Positions 42,005 to 52,035 of a DNA stretch of 64,000 bases are shown piece by piece. The translations under genes and the position numbers were made by a program. This stretch comes from a virus. Its lineage: Duplodnaviria > Caudoviricetes. Location: positions 64,001-128,000 of IMG/VR virus record IMGVR_UViG_3300032240_001498, one strand, 5' to 3'. The notes beneath the pieces were generated by a model. The model worked only from the letters and a program-made list of their open reading frames with translations, searched no databases and was not told the DNA's origin. Within the stretch, counting starts at the first letter, position 1. Each line of letters starts with the position of its first letter.

Positions 42005-45000
42005 ATGGCGGACACGTTTTATTTAAACACCGGTAGTACATTTGCGTCAGTGGGTGCAACTAACCCACTGAATAATTATAGTTCGTACAACTATGTGTTT
42101 ACTCTTGCGGCGCTAACTCAAGACGAGTTTAACAGTACTTCTTATCTTGCAAAATCTCCTCAGTTAGAACATGTGATATTCAAAACTTCGGGCAAGGGTA
42201 CAAAGGGGATTACTGATAAAGAATTATTTAACTACAATAGTGTGCCTACTGCAAGCGGAGACGCCGATGCACAGGATGGTGGATTCTACGGTACCAAGAT
42301 ATCTAAAAACGATGAATTGAAACAATTGGTAGATGAATTCAATAAAAATGGCACAGGTAGATTTGATCTATTTGTAGAAAGTCTTGAGATGAACGGTCCT
42401 TGGAAATTAACAGAAGGCGCTGTTGTAACACAGATTCAGATGACGGTAATAGAACCTCTTAGTATGAATGGGTTTCTCGAGTCGTTGCGAGTAAATTGCC
42501 TAGCCGCAGGATATGAATCTCATGTCGGAGTACCGCTATGCTTAAAGATAGAATTCTGGGGGTGGAACGATACTACCGGCAAAGCTGAAAAAGTACCAAG
42601 GTCTGAAAGATACTGGACAGTTGGATTAAACAATGTTCAAATTACTTCTGATGAGCGCGGCACCAGCTACAGATGCGGATTTGTCAATATGAATGCAAAC
42701 GTGCTAGGCATGGATGCAGACGTTCCGGTGACCTTAAAGATGAAAGGCAAAAAAATTGGAGATATGCTCACGAGCTTGTTAAAAGAAGTAGAAGATGCCA
42801 AAAAGAAAGGCAATGATTCCGAAGGGGCAAAAGTCTTCAACTCATACGAAATCAAATTTGAACCAGTAAAAGCACCCGACGGATCATCAGAAACTTTTAC
42901 AATAGAAGATAAAGAAATTAATGATTTCCTAAGAGCAAACAATATGTTTGAATATGCGGCGCCTACTGATAAAACAAAGAAAAACAATTATAAATTTGTA
43001 GATGATAAAGTTACTGCTGTTAAGTATGACCCAGCAGGCGGAACAATTTCTGTTAGATCAGGAACTAAGATTTTTGATATTATAGATGCTGTTATTAGAG
43101 ATAGCGCATATACTAAAGATTTTATTGACAATAAAGACAAATGGAAAGACAAGTACAAAGGAAAAGTTCCATGGTATAGGATTCATGTCACGACTAAAGT
43201 AAAAGACAAAGTAAATCCCAAAGAAGAGCGCCCTGCATATACAATTACCTATACAGTTAGAGCCTATTGGATACATTATTCACGGTTACCTGAGGAATTT
43301 GGATCTTGGGATCCCGAGGGCATACGAAAAACTCTATCTAGAACATATAACTATATCTACACTGGAAAAAATGTTGACCTATTAGATTTTAGAATTAGTT
43401 TTAATTCCTTATATTTGCAAGAGCGCCCCTACAAGTTAGGTGTGCAAGATAGGTCGGCGACTTCGCTAGGCGCTTCTCCTAGCAACACGGTGCAAGTGAA
43501 AGCTGGTGACCAAGAGAAGAAAAATCCCAATCTACAGGTTAACACAGCACCGGCTATTGCAGGCAGTACTAACAAAGGCGGCTTGGACGGAAAGCCAATT
43601 CAAATATCACCATACCTTCAACTGGCCCAAGCCATTCAGAACCAGTTGCTTGACAATAATGAGATGCAGGGAATGACCTGTAAAATTATTGGCGATCCGT
43701 ATTATCTAGTCACTGGTGGTATGAGTAACGTAGAATATGAGCTCGAGAACGAAACGCAAACCAAGGGAGGAGAAGCTCCGTGGTTAGACGGAGAAATCTA
43801 TATTAGTATCGATTTTAAAAACCCCAGAGATTATCGCGCAGATGGGTTTATGGATTTTGGCGGAGAAACTATAGACCATTTCAGCGGAATATTTGGAGTA
43901 CGATCAATAGACCATCATTTTAGAGATGGTGAATTCACACAAACATTGAACCTGTGGAGATTAGCAGGACAGCAACCTTCTAAGAAAGTAACACCTTCGA
44001 TACCTTTTAAAGCGACGCCAGAACCCGGCCAACAACAAACAAAAGATTCTGCTCCTGCGTCAGTTAACAAGTACGGTGCTAAGAAAGCAGTTGCTGACAT
44101 AAACAAAATTTTAAATCCTCAAATTCCTAGCCTTGGAGCGATTGGATTTATGAATTCTCTAAATGGGCTCTACAACAGGGCAACAAATACCTTACAATCT
44201 TCAGTTGCAAGATTAGATGCCGCCGCAGCCGAAACACTGGGAGCGGTACAGGGATTACTTGCTCCTGTACAAACACTTGCTACGGTTGGTATGCAAATCG
44301 GAGGACTTGTTGCGGTGGCAGATGCACTATTAAACAATCCGGGCGCCCCGGCAGTTGGCCAAAGCCTGACAGGATATAATCCCTATACCAACGGAATACC
44401 TTTGCAAACAACTACGATTCCTGCACCAAGTAGTAACGCACAAAATCAAGCTAATCAGTCTGCTCAGGCAAATATTATTTCTAGCTTTGTTCAAGATACT
44501 AATAATCTTTACACGTTGGAAACAAATTATAAAAACAATGTGATTACCTCAGATGGTAAAAATTATATTACAAATCCATCGTCTCCTTCTAATTTAAACA
44601 ATGTTGGACAAAAGACTATTGCCGCATTAAATGGAATACCGACTGATCCTACGGCAATTGCCGCACAATTAGGAATCGACCCTGCACAGTTTTCTGGATT
44701 GTCAGCAGATCAACAAACATCACTATTGTCAAGACTACAAAAAGTATTTGCAACAGTTCCGTTAGATGCGAATATTCAAGGATTCCAAGCACTGGGTCTA
44801 AGTTTAAAAAATATCACAGGCGCCGCAATTCCAAAACTACCTGCATTACAGGCATTAACAACAGCACCAATAGCTAATGTTAGTCAATATGATTTACAAA
44901 AAATTCTAGCCAGCGGCGGTAATCCAGCAAACTTACCGGGAGCAACTTCTTTTGCATCTGTTGCCGCGGTACTGGCATTGTTTGGCGGATCTCGAGGGCA

Positions 45001-45277
45001 ATCCGGAGGAACAAGCGGCGGTAACCCATTAGTTGTGCAACAACAAATCGACAAGTTCAGTAGTGCCAGTGCATTAAACAATGCAAGTTTAAATACTGCT
45101 GGGCTACAACCGGCGGTGCAAGGATTAGGATCAGTTGAGTCTAACCAAGCCAATGCAGTCCAGACTGTACAGGGATTTGGCGGATATTATGTACAAGCAA
45201 ATACGGCAAATAGTTTATACGGTACACAAAGAACATTAAGTCCGTTAGATAAACTCATGTTAACAAAACAAAGCTAA
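42005..45277 (+). CDS. Baseplate hub-like protein (gp27/late-control-D type) with a long C-terminal low-complexity extension (1090 aa)
   Basis: Lies between gp53 and gp5. Motif CKIIGDP...GIFGVRSIDHHFRDGEFTQTL.L.R typical of hub C-termini. Confidence 0.6.
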   Translation: MADTFYLNTGSTFASVGATNPLNNYSSYNYVFTLAALTQDEFNSTSYLAKSPQLEHVIFKTSGKGTKGITDKELFNYNSVPTASGDADAQDGGFYGTKISKNDELKQLVDEFNKNGTGRFDLFVESLEMNGPWKLTEGAVVTQIQMTVIEPLSMNGFLESLRVNCLAAGYESHVGVPLCLKIEFWGWNDTTGKAEKVPRSERYWTVGLNNVQITSDERGTSYRCGFVNMNANVLGMDADVPVTLKMKGKKIGDMLTSLLKEVEDAKKKGNDSEGAKVFNSYEIKFEPVKAPDGSSETFTIEDKEINDFLRANNMFEYAAPTDKTKKNNYKFVDDKVTAVKYDPAGGTISVRSGTKIFDIIDAVIRDSAYTKDFIDNKDKWKDKYKGKVPWYRIHVTTKVKDKVNPKEERPAYTITYTVRAYWIHYSRLPEEFGSWDPEGIRKTLSRTYNYIYTGKNVDLLDFRISFNSLYLQERPYKLGVQDRSATSLGASPSNTVQVKAGDQEKKNPNLQVNTAPAIAGSTNKGGLDGKPIQISPYLQLAQAIQNQLLDNNEMQGMTCKIIGDPYYLVTGGMSNVEYELENETQTKGGEAPWLDGEIYISIDFKNPRDYRADGFMDFGGETIDHFSGIFGVRSIDHHFRDGEFTQTLNLWRLAGQQPSKKVTPSIPFKATPEPGQQQTKDSAPASVNKYGAKKAVADINKILNPQIPSLGAIGFMNSLNGLYNRATNTLQSSVARLDAAAAETLGAVQGLLAPVQTLATVGMQIGGLVAVADALLNNPGAPAVGQSLTGYNPYTNGIPLQTTTIPAPSSNAQNQANQSAQANIISSFVQDTNNLYTLETNYKNNVITSDGKNYITNPSSPSNLNNVGQKTIAALNGIPTDPTAIAAQLGIDPAQFSGLSADQQTSLLSRLQKVFATVPLDANIQGFQALGLSLKNITGAAIPKLPALQALTTAPIANVSQYDLQKILASGGNPANLPGATSFASVAAVLALFGGSRGQSGGTSGGNPLVVQQQIDKFSSASALNNASLNTAGLQPAVQGLGSVESNQANAVQTVQGFGGYYVQANTANSLYGTQRTLSPLDKLMLTKQS

Positions 45278-45282
45278 AATAA

Positions 45283-48021
45283 ATGGCAATTAATTCAACA
45301 GAATCAGCACATAAGAGTCTTGAAGGCCAAGTCATGGATGCCGGCCCCTACCTAGCTAGGGTAGTAAACCATCTTGATTCTACCATAATGGGCGGATTAG
45401 AAGTATTGTTATATGAAGGCGGAACTGCCGATTCAAATCTACAGTCTAACGTAATTCCTGTTTATTATATGAGTCCGTTCTGGGGAACCACCTCGGTTTC
45501 GTTTGAAGGAAATAATTCAGCTAATTTTCAAGATGTACAAAAATCTTATGGCATGTGGATGGTACCACCTGATATCGGATCCTGTGTTATGGTTATTTTT
45601 GTAAGGGGAATGTCAAATGCTGGCTATTGGATTGGGTGCGTTCCTGATACATATCAAAATCATATGGTACCTGGTATTGCCGCTTCTCGTAATGTTGCAC
45701 TAACAACTGAACAAGAAAGAAAATACGGAACTACGTATCTTCCAGTAGGCGAATTTTTAAAACGCAGTAGGGATTTATCGGGAGCCGAAGTTGACAAATT
45801 TACAAAACCTGTTCATCCATTTGCAGATAGATTATTAGAACAAGGACTTATAGTAGACGACATACGGGGTGTAACATCTAGTTCGGCTAGAAGAGAATAT
45901 CCGTCAAGTGTGTTTGGTATTAGCACACCGGGTCCTATTGATACATCTCAAGGAGCTAAAACAGGTCAAATTGGTTTTGGCGAAAAAGCTACAGCATACG
46001 TAAGCAGGTTAGGAGGTTCTCAGTTTGTTATGGACGACGGAGATAAACAAGGACTTAACGAGCTTGTTAGAATACGTACTCGCACTGGTCATCAAATTCT
46101 TTTACATAACAGCAGTGATTTGATTTACATTGCTAATGCCAAAGGTACTGCATGGATAGAGCTAACCAGTCAAGGTAAGATTGATGCATACTCTGCTGAT
46201 TCTATATCACTTCATGCGGAGGGCGATTTTAATCTACGTGCTGATCGAGACTTTAATATTGAAGCAGGAAGAAACGTAAAAATTGCTGGAGGTGATGATG
46301 TACAACTAGAAGCTGGCGCAAATTTATATGCTAAGGCAGTTAAAACTATAAAAACCAATGCAAGCCAAGAAATACATTTTAGTGCCGGAACTGATTTATA
46401 CATTGGTGCGCAGTCCGATGTAAACATCACCGCCGCAAGTGATAACTTATACCTTACTTCGGGCGGCTCTGCTCACATCAAATCAACAGGTGATATGTTT
46501 ATAGGATCGACGCTTTCTATGAATATCAACGGAGGTTCGACTGCGTTATTGGGTAGCAAAGGTGCTGTTAGTTTTAATTCTAACGCTACAATATCTATTG
46601 CCGCCAAAAATACTGTTAATATACTAGGCGAAGGATCTTTGAATTTAACATCTCCAGATCTTAATATGAATAGCAATCCGGCTACAGCTGGACCAGCGCC
46701 TGGTTCTCCTAATTCTGCACAGCCTCCTACTACTCCTGATCCTCTTCAAAGATATAATCTACCTAACATAAAAATAGGTGCGTGGAGTGATGGAGAACAT
46801 TACAGAGCATCTGATCTTGTAACAATTATGACTCGAGTTCCAACGCATGAGCCATGGCCACAACACGAAAGTGTAAATCCTGATAGATTCAGTTATGATA
46901 AGACTGACTCTGAAAACACCAGTACAAATACATATTCAACAGTTAATATCAAGTATAACAAAGCACCGACTGATACTCCTCCTAAGCCAACTGGAAATAT
47001 TGAAGAAGATAACATTGCGGCATTCTTATGGACTATCCGTGTTGCAGAAGGAACGGCTTCTAAAAATGGATATGTAACTCAATATACTGGAGCTGTGTTT
47101 GATGTAGATAATCCAGGCCTGCCAAACGGAGTTACTGCCCCATCTCGATTCCAATACTATAATAGACAGAAGTTAGGAGTCTACGGAAGTAACTCATATA
47201 GCCAATCTGGAGGAAAGATTGTAGTTGTTGGGGATAGTCTAGCAGTCGGCACCGGCTCTCAAATCGCAGGAGCCACGGTAGTTGCTAAAGAAGGTATCAG
47301 TAGTAGTGCTATTTTAAAGAGTGTGACAGGAAATACAAGTGTCCAAGGCGCAGACCTAGCTATTATTTCTGCAGGTGCCAACGACGGTGCAGGTATATCA
47401 GGCACAAATCCAAATTCTTCATTAACAATCTCTAATATAAAAGCAATTAAAGCGGCTCTTAATGCTAAAAAATATGTATGGATACTGCCATATAACAGAA
47501 GTGTAGCAACTGATATAATAGCCGCAGTAGGCAATGATGATTGTGTTGATTTAAAACAAACAGTTAATGTGAGTAGTGACAATCTTCATCCGTCAAGTTA
47601 TGCACCAGTGGCCGCCTCAGCCATTTCCAAAGGCGGCATAACCAGCGGCGGTAGTGCAGTTACTTGGAATAACAACAGCTACAAATTTAAAGACCATCCC
47701 CGAATTATTCTTGGACCTCCTAACGGTCTTAGGTCGTCTGCCGCAGGCGCCTATCAGTTTATGCCAGATACGTGGGACGATTGTAAGCGTGCCTGTAAGT
47801 TGCCAGACTTTAGCCCAGCCAGTCAAGATAAGGGAGCAATATATCTTATTCAACAAAAGAATGCACTTGAAGATGTTAAAGCAGGTAGATTTGCCAGAGC
47901 GGCTGAAAAAGTTAAAAAAGTGTGGGCAAGTTTCAAAGGTGCAGGTTACGGACAGAGAGAAATTGAAGTTAGTGTATTAGCAACCTATTATAAAGGTGCC
48001 GGCGGAACCATAGTTTCATAA
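45283..48021 (+). CDS. gp5: Baseplate central spike, gp5/VgrG-like, with a C-terminal lambda-R-type lytic transglycosylase interrupted by an SGNH hydrolase (912 aa)
   Basis: OB-fold WMVPPDIGS.V.V.F, IRTRTGHQILL and beta-helix repeats; AFLWTIRVAEGT...HPR...SAAGAYQF...WAS..GAGYGQ; GDS/GAND/DNLH. Confidence 0.85.
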   Translation: MAINSTESAHKSLEGQVMDAGPYLARVVNHLDSTIMGGLEVLLYEGGTADSNLQSNVIPVYYMSPFWGTTSVSFEGNNSANFQDVQKSYGMWMVPPDIGSCVMVIFVRGMSNAGYWIGCVPDTYQNHMVPGIAASRNVALTTEQERKYGTTYLPVGEFLKRSRDLSGAEVDKFTKPVHPFADRLLEQGLIVDDIRGVTSSSARREYPSSVFGISTPGPIDTSQGAKTGQIGFGEKATAYVSRLGGSQFVMDDGDKQGLNELVRIRTRTGHQILLHNSSDLIYIANAKGTAWIELTSQGKIDAYSADSISLHAEGDFNLRADRDFNIEAGRNVKIAGGDDVQLEAGANLYAKAVKTIKTNASQEIHFSAGTDLYIGAQSDVNITAASDNLYLTSGGSAHIKSTGDMFIGSTLSMNINGGSTALLGSKGAVSFNSNATISIAAKNTVNILGEGSLNLTSPDLNMNSNPATAGPAPGSPNSAQPPTTPDPLQRYNLPNIKIGAWSDGEHYRASDLVTIMTRVPTHEPWPQHESVNPDRFSYDKTDSENTSTNTYSTVNIKYNKAPTDTPPKPTGNIEEDNIAAFLWTIRVAEGTASKNGYVTQYTGAVFDVDNPGLPNGVTAPSRFQYYNRQKLGVYGSNSYSQSGGKIVVVGDSLAVGTGSQIAGATVVAKEGISSSAILKSVTGNTSVQGADLAIISAGANDGAGISGTNPNSSLTISNIKAIKAALNAKKYVWILPYNRSVATDIIAAVGNDDCVDLKQTVNVSSDNLHPSSYAPVAASAISKGGITSGGSAVTWNNNSYKFKDHPRIILGPPNGLRSSAAGAYQFMPDTWDDCKRACKLPDFSPASQDKGAIYLIQQKNALEDVKAGRFARAAEKVKKVWASFKGAGYGQREIEVSVLATYYKGAGGTIVS

Positions 48022-48026
48022 GCCAA

Positions 48027-48032
48027 TAAATA
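48027..48032 (+). promoter_or_regulatory. Late promoter box TAAATA, 4 nt before the ATG
   Basis: AATAAATA-ACTC-ATG. Confidence 0.55.
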
Positions 48033-48036
48033 ACTC

Positions 48037-48474
48037 ATGCCATATAAAAATATCATAATCCAACCTGCTAATTACAGCGAACAAAATCGTCAGCAAACGT
48101 CTCAGTTTTATGTAGGATTTTCAACACAAGATCCCTTAGCAAGAACTGTAACAATGTACGATTTTGATGTTGTAAAACAGGACTTGTTGAATTATTTTAA
48201 CACACGCCAGGGCGAGCGTGTGATGAATCCTGGTTGGGGAACTGTTATTTGGGACAAGCTATATGATCCTTTTACCGAAGAAGTTAGATCTGCAATTGAA
48301 GAAGATATTAAAAAAATCATAGCATCAGACCCTAGAGTTAATATTACCTCGGTTGTTATTACAGAAGCAGATTTTGGCCTCGTTTTAGAAATTACCCTTA
48401 CCTTTGTAGCCACGAGTCAAGTTGATGTAATGCGTTTGAACTTTGACAAACAGGCTGGTTTATCCCTACAATAA
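48037..48474 (+). CDS. gp25: Baseplate wedge subunit, gp25 family (145 aa)
   Basis: Motif KQDLLNYFNTRQGERVMNP.WG..I...LYDP...DPRV. Confidence 0.85.
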   Translation: MPYKNIIIQPANYSEQNRQQTSQFYVGFSTQDPLARTVTMYDFDVVKQDLLNYFNTRQGERVMNPGWGTVIWDKLYDPFTEEVRSAIEEDIKKIIASDPRVNITSVVITEADFGLVLEITLTFVATSQVDVMRLNFDKQAGLSLQ

Positions 48475-48496
48475 TCTACGTAGTTTATTTTACTAA

Positions 48497-48502
48497 TAAA
48501 TA
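48497..48502 (+). promoter_or_regulatory. Late promoter box TAAATA for gp6 and the giant wedge gene
   Basis: Intergenic AATAAATA upstream of the ATG at 48527. Confidence 0.55.
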
Positions 48503-48526
48503 TGTTATCCAAATGGCATAACATAT

Positions 48527-51500
48527 ATGATACCAGCAACCAACTCAAAACTACTTGTCGCAGAAGATTGGACAAAAATATACCAATCTTTTAACAATGC
48601 AGACTTTAAATCTTACGATTACGATACACTTCGTAGATCAGCAGTTCAGTATCTAAGAGCAAATTATCCTGAAGATTTCAACGACTACATTGAGAGCAGT
48701 GAGTTTATTGCCCTAGTAGATCTTATCTCCTATCTTGGACAAAACCTAAGTTTCCGTATCGACCTAAATGCCCGTGAGAATTTTTTAGAAACAGCACAAC
48801 GCCGCGACAGTATTCTACGTTTAGCACAGCTGATCAGCTATAATGCACAAAGAAATGTACCAGCCAATGGTATGTTAAAAATCACAGCAATGTCTACTAC
48901 AGACAGCGTTATTGACAACAACGGCACTAATCTAGCCAATCAAATTATCAGTTGGAACGATCCTTCTAACAACAACTGGTATCAGCAATGGATCCTAGTT
49001 ATGAACTCTGCAATGCCTGCAGGTATCAATTTTGGAACCCCGACGCTATCAGATACGATTGAAGGAATCCTAACTGATCAATATAGAATTAACACTGACC
49101 AAACAGGTGTTCCTATATACACGTTTAACAAATCCATTAGCGGTATTGCTATGGGGTTTGAAATAGTAAGTTCAACATTTAAAGATCAAAATTACATTTA
49201 CGAAGAACCTCCACTGCCTGGCAGACAAACAGGCGTAATTTGGAGAAATGATAATCAAGGTGCAGGATCAAAGAACACTGGTTTCTTCATGCACTTCAAA
49301 CAGGGAACACTGGCCAGCTCTGCTTTTTCAGTTGATAATCCTGTACCAAATGAAATCATTGGCATTAATGCAACTGATATTAATAATAGCGATGTGTGGT
49401 TATGGCAGTTGAATGCTGACGGTAGCTATAACAAAGAATGGACTAAGGTTGATGCAACAGTTGGCAACAATGTTATCTATAATAGTTTAAACTTAAACAC
49501 ACGAACATTATATGCAATAACTTCTAGAATTAACGATCAAATTGATTTAAACTTTGCTGATGGTAACTTTGGAGATTTGCCTAAGGGCGGATTTGTCCTA
49601 TACTACAGACAAAGCAACGGCCTATCATATACAATTTCACCCACTGACATAAACGGTTTGTCAGTTAGAATTCCCTACATAAACAAAGCCGGCCAATCAC
49701 ACTCTTTAACACTAACACTAAGTTTACAGTATTCTGTTTACAATAGTTCGCCTGCTGAAACAAACGCATCTATCAAACAAAAAGCTCCTCAAAATTATTA
49801 TCTACAGAATAGAATGATAACAGGAGAAGATTATAATATTGGTCCGGTAACAGTTGCATCTGATGTTATCAAAGTTAAGAGTATCAACAGACAGAGTTCT
49901 GGAATCAGTAAGTACTTTGATTTGAATGATGTTACGGGTAGATATAGTCAAACGGATATATATGCCCAAGACGGCATAATTTATAAAGAAGATCAACAGT
50001 TAAGTTTTACATTTACCTTTGAGAATCGTAATCAAGCATTTGGTGTTTTAAAATCAAAAATTGAACCATTGCTCGAAAATCCAACAACTCGAAACTTCTA
50101 CTTTGACAAATATCCAAGACCCGATTTATCAAACATCAACATCAGTTGGGAACTTGCACAAACAGAATCTGGACAAGTCCGTGGGTATTTTAAAAACACC
50201 TATGATCTTACACCACAGCAGGTTGGTTATTTTAGCAGTAGTAATGCACAGTATATCACAGCAGGCGCCCTAATAAAATTTCAACCGCCCACAGGATATT
50301 TTTATAAACCATCTGGTCAACTGACTCAACAGGCGGATGCTACTACACGTACCTATACGTGGGCTAGAGTATCGTTAGTAACAGGTGACGGATCAAACAG
50401 CGGCAACGGATTGTTAAACGACGGTACAGGTCCTATTATTTTAACAGGGTTTGTAGCAAAAGATTCTATTGCAGTTGAGATAATTCCTCAACTGGTTACA
50501 AATTTACCATTTGCACTAGAGAATCAAATTGTAAATCAAATTGTAGGAAAACTTAATTTTGGATTAAGTTTTGACCGTTTGGCAAGAGCTTGGACTATTG
50601 TCACAGATACCAATGTTGATTTACAAACAAAGTTTAGTTTGATATATCAGGGTGACACCACTAATCAAAACGTCGATGCGTCTTGGATTATTGCGTTTCA
50701 GTGGACAGGATCTTCTTATACTGTTTCTTACAGAAAAACAAATTACATATTTGAAAGTGCAGAGCAGACATCTTTCTTTATAGATGATTATAAAAACAAC
50801 TTTGATTATATTTCTAATACCACTATCAAAGATAAAATTTCTGTACTAGGTATTAATACAATTCCTAATCTTGGAAATACCTGGAGACATGGCTCGGCCA
50901 CTCCGCAAACATCTTTAGGATCTAACGGCGACTTTTATCTTAACACACTTAACGATGTTGTGAGTAGAAAGATAAACGGAGTTTGGGTAGTAATACCTGC
51001 AGGGCAAACTATCAACGAATTAGGAAAAGATCATTCGTGGCAAGTTGATGAGGCTGTGGTTGAAAGCGACGGCTATGTAGAACCTAAAAAAGTATTAGTC
51101 AGTTTTTATGATTCAAAAAATAATGGACAAATAGATGATCCTGATAGTTTTTCAATTATCACAGACAGTCAAAATCCTTTGGTGCAAACAGGCTTCCTTG
51201 GAAACTTTGTTTACTTTGAAACAATGCCCGACGGTAGCCGATACCAGTTGGCAAATGCTTCTAAGTTTATAGCTTACCCTGATGAGAGTTATGTAACTCC
51301 AGTTGACGGTCAGCTGTACTATTTTTATTCAGCAGATGTAATCAAACAATATTCTGCGGCAAACCTAGAATATCTATTGCAACCGCAATATTTTGCTCGT
51401 GCTGGCCGCAGTGATTTAAAATTCCATTATATTCACAACAGCGGGGAAGAAAAGCGTATTGATCCTGCCAAGTCAAATATTATTGACATTTATATGTTAA

Positions 51501-52024
51501 CAAGAGGATATGATACTGCCTATAGAATGTGGTTATTAGATACTACTCAAATGGAACCTATGCCTCCAACAACCGCGGCTCTCGAGGATACGTATAGCCA
51601 GTATCTTGAACCTATAAAAAGTATATCCGATACTATTATCTACCATCCTGCAAAATACAAAGTATTATTTGGCACAGCGGCACAATTAAATTTACAGGCT
51701 ACATTCAGGGCCGTAAAAAATCCTAATATTCCCGTTAGTGACAACAATCTTAAAACAAGAATAATTGCGGCAATTAATGATTTCTTTGCACTTGATAATT
51801 GGAATTTTGGCGACTCATTTAATTTTAGTGAACTATCTACATACATCATGAATACAATGACTCCAGACATTATTAACTTTATTATAGTTTCTAAAAACGG
51901 ATCATCTTTTGGCAACCTATTTGAAGTTGCCTGTCAGAGTAATGAAATATTTGTAAGCGGTGCTACGGTTTCTGACGTAGAAATTATTTCAGCATTAACA
52001 CCTTCAAAACTATCTATTGTATAA
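48527..52024 (+). CDS. gp6: Baseplate wedge subunit, gp6 family (1165 aa)
   Basis: Motifs DFNDYIESSEFIAL.DL.SY, ENFLETAQRRDSI..LA..ISY, IK.KAP..Y..QNR..T.EDY and a C-terminal FNFSEL...I. Confidence 0.85.
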   Translation: MIPATNSKLLVAEDWTKIYQSFNNADFKSYDYDTLRRSAVQYLRANYPEDFNDYIESSEFIALVDLISYLGQNLSFRIDLNARENFLETAQRRDSILRLAQLISYNAQRNVPANGMLKITAMSTTDSVIDNNGTNLANQIISWNDPSNNNWYQQWILVMNSAMPAGINFGTPTLSDTIEGILTDQYRINTDQTGVPIYTFNKSISGIAMGFEIVSSTFKDQNYIYEEPPLPGRQTGVIWRNDNQGAGSKNTGFFMHFKQGTLASSAFSVDNPVPNEIIGINATDINNSDVWLWQLNADGSYNKEWTKVDATVGNNVIYNSLNLNTRTLYAITSRINDQIDLNFADGNFGDLPKGGFVLYYRQSNGLSYTISPTDINGLSVRIPYINKAGQSHSLTLTLSLQYSVYNSSPAETNASIKQKAPQNYYLQNRMITGEDYNIGPVTVASDVIKVKSINRQSSGISKYFDLNDVTGRYSQTDIYAQDGIIYKEDQQLSFTFTFENRNQAFGVLKSKIEPLLENPTTRNFYFDKYPRPDLSNINISWELAQTESGQVRGYFKNTYDLTPQQVGYFSSSNAQYITAGALIKFQPPTGYFYKPSGQLTQQADATTRTYTWARVSLVTGDGSNSGNGLLNDGTGPIILTGFVAKDSIAVEIIPQLVTNLPFALENQIVNQIVGKLNFGLSFDRLARAWTIVTDTNVDLQTKFSLIYQGDTTNQNVDASWIIAFQWTGSSYTVSYRKTNYIFESAEQTSFFIDDYKNNFDYISNTTIKDKISVLGINTIPNLGNTWRHGSATPQTSLGSNGDFYLNTLNDVVSRKINGVWVVIPAGQTINELGKDHSWQVDEAVVESDGYVEPKKVLVSFYDSKNNGQIDDPDSFSIITDSQNPLVQTGFLGNFVYFETMPDGSRYQLANASKFIAYPDESYVTPVDGQLYYFYSADVIKQYSAANLEYLLQPQYFARAGRSDLKFHYIHNSGEEKRIDPAKSNIIDIYMLTRGYDTAYRMWLLDTTQMEPMPPTTAALEDTYSQYLEPIKSISDTIIYHPAKYKVLFGTAAQLNLQATFRAVKNPNIPVSDNNLKTRIIAAINDFFALDNWNFGDSFNFSELSTYIMNTMTPDIINFIIVSKNGSSFGNLFEVACQSNEIFVSGATVSDVEIISALTPSKLSIV

Positions 52025-52035
52025 GAATTTAAAAA

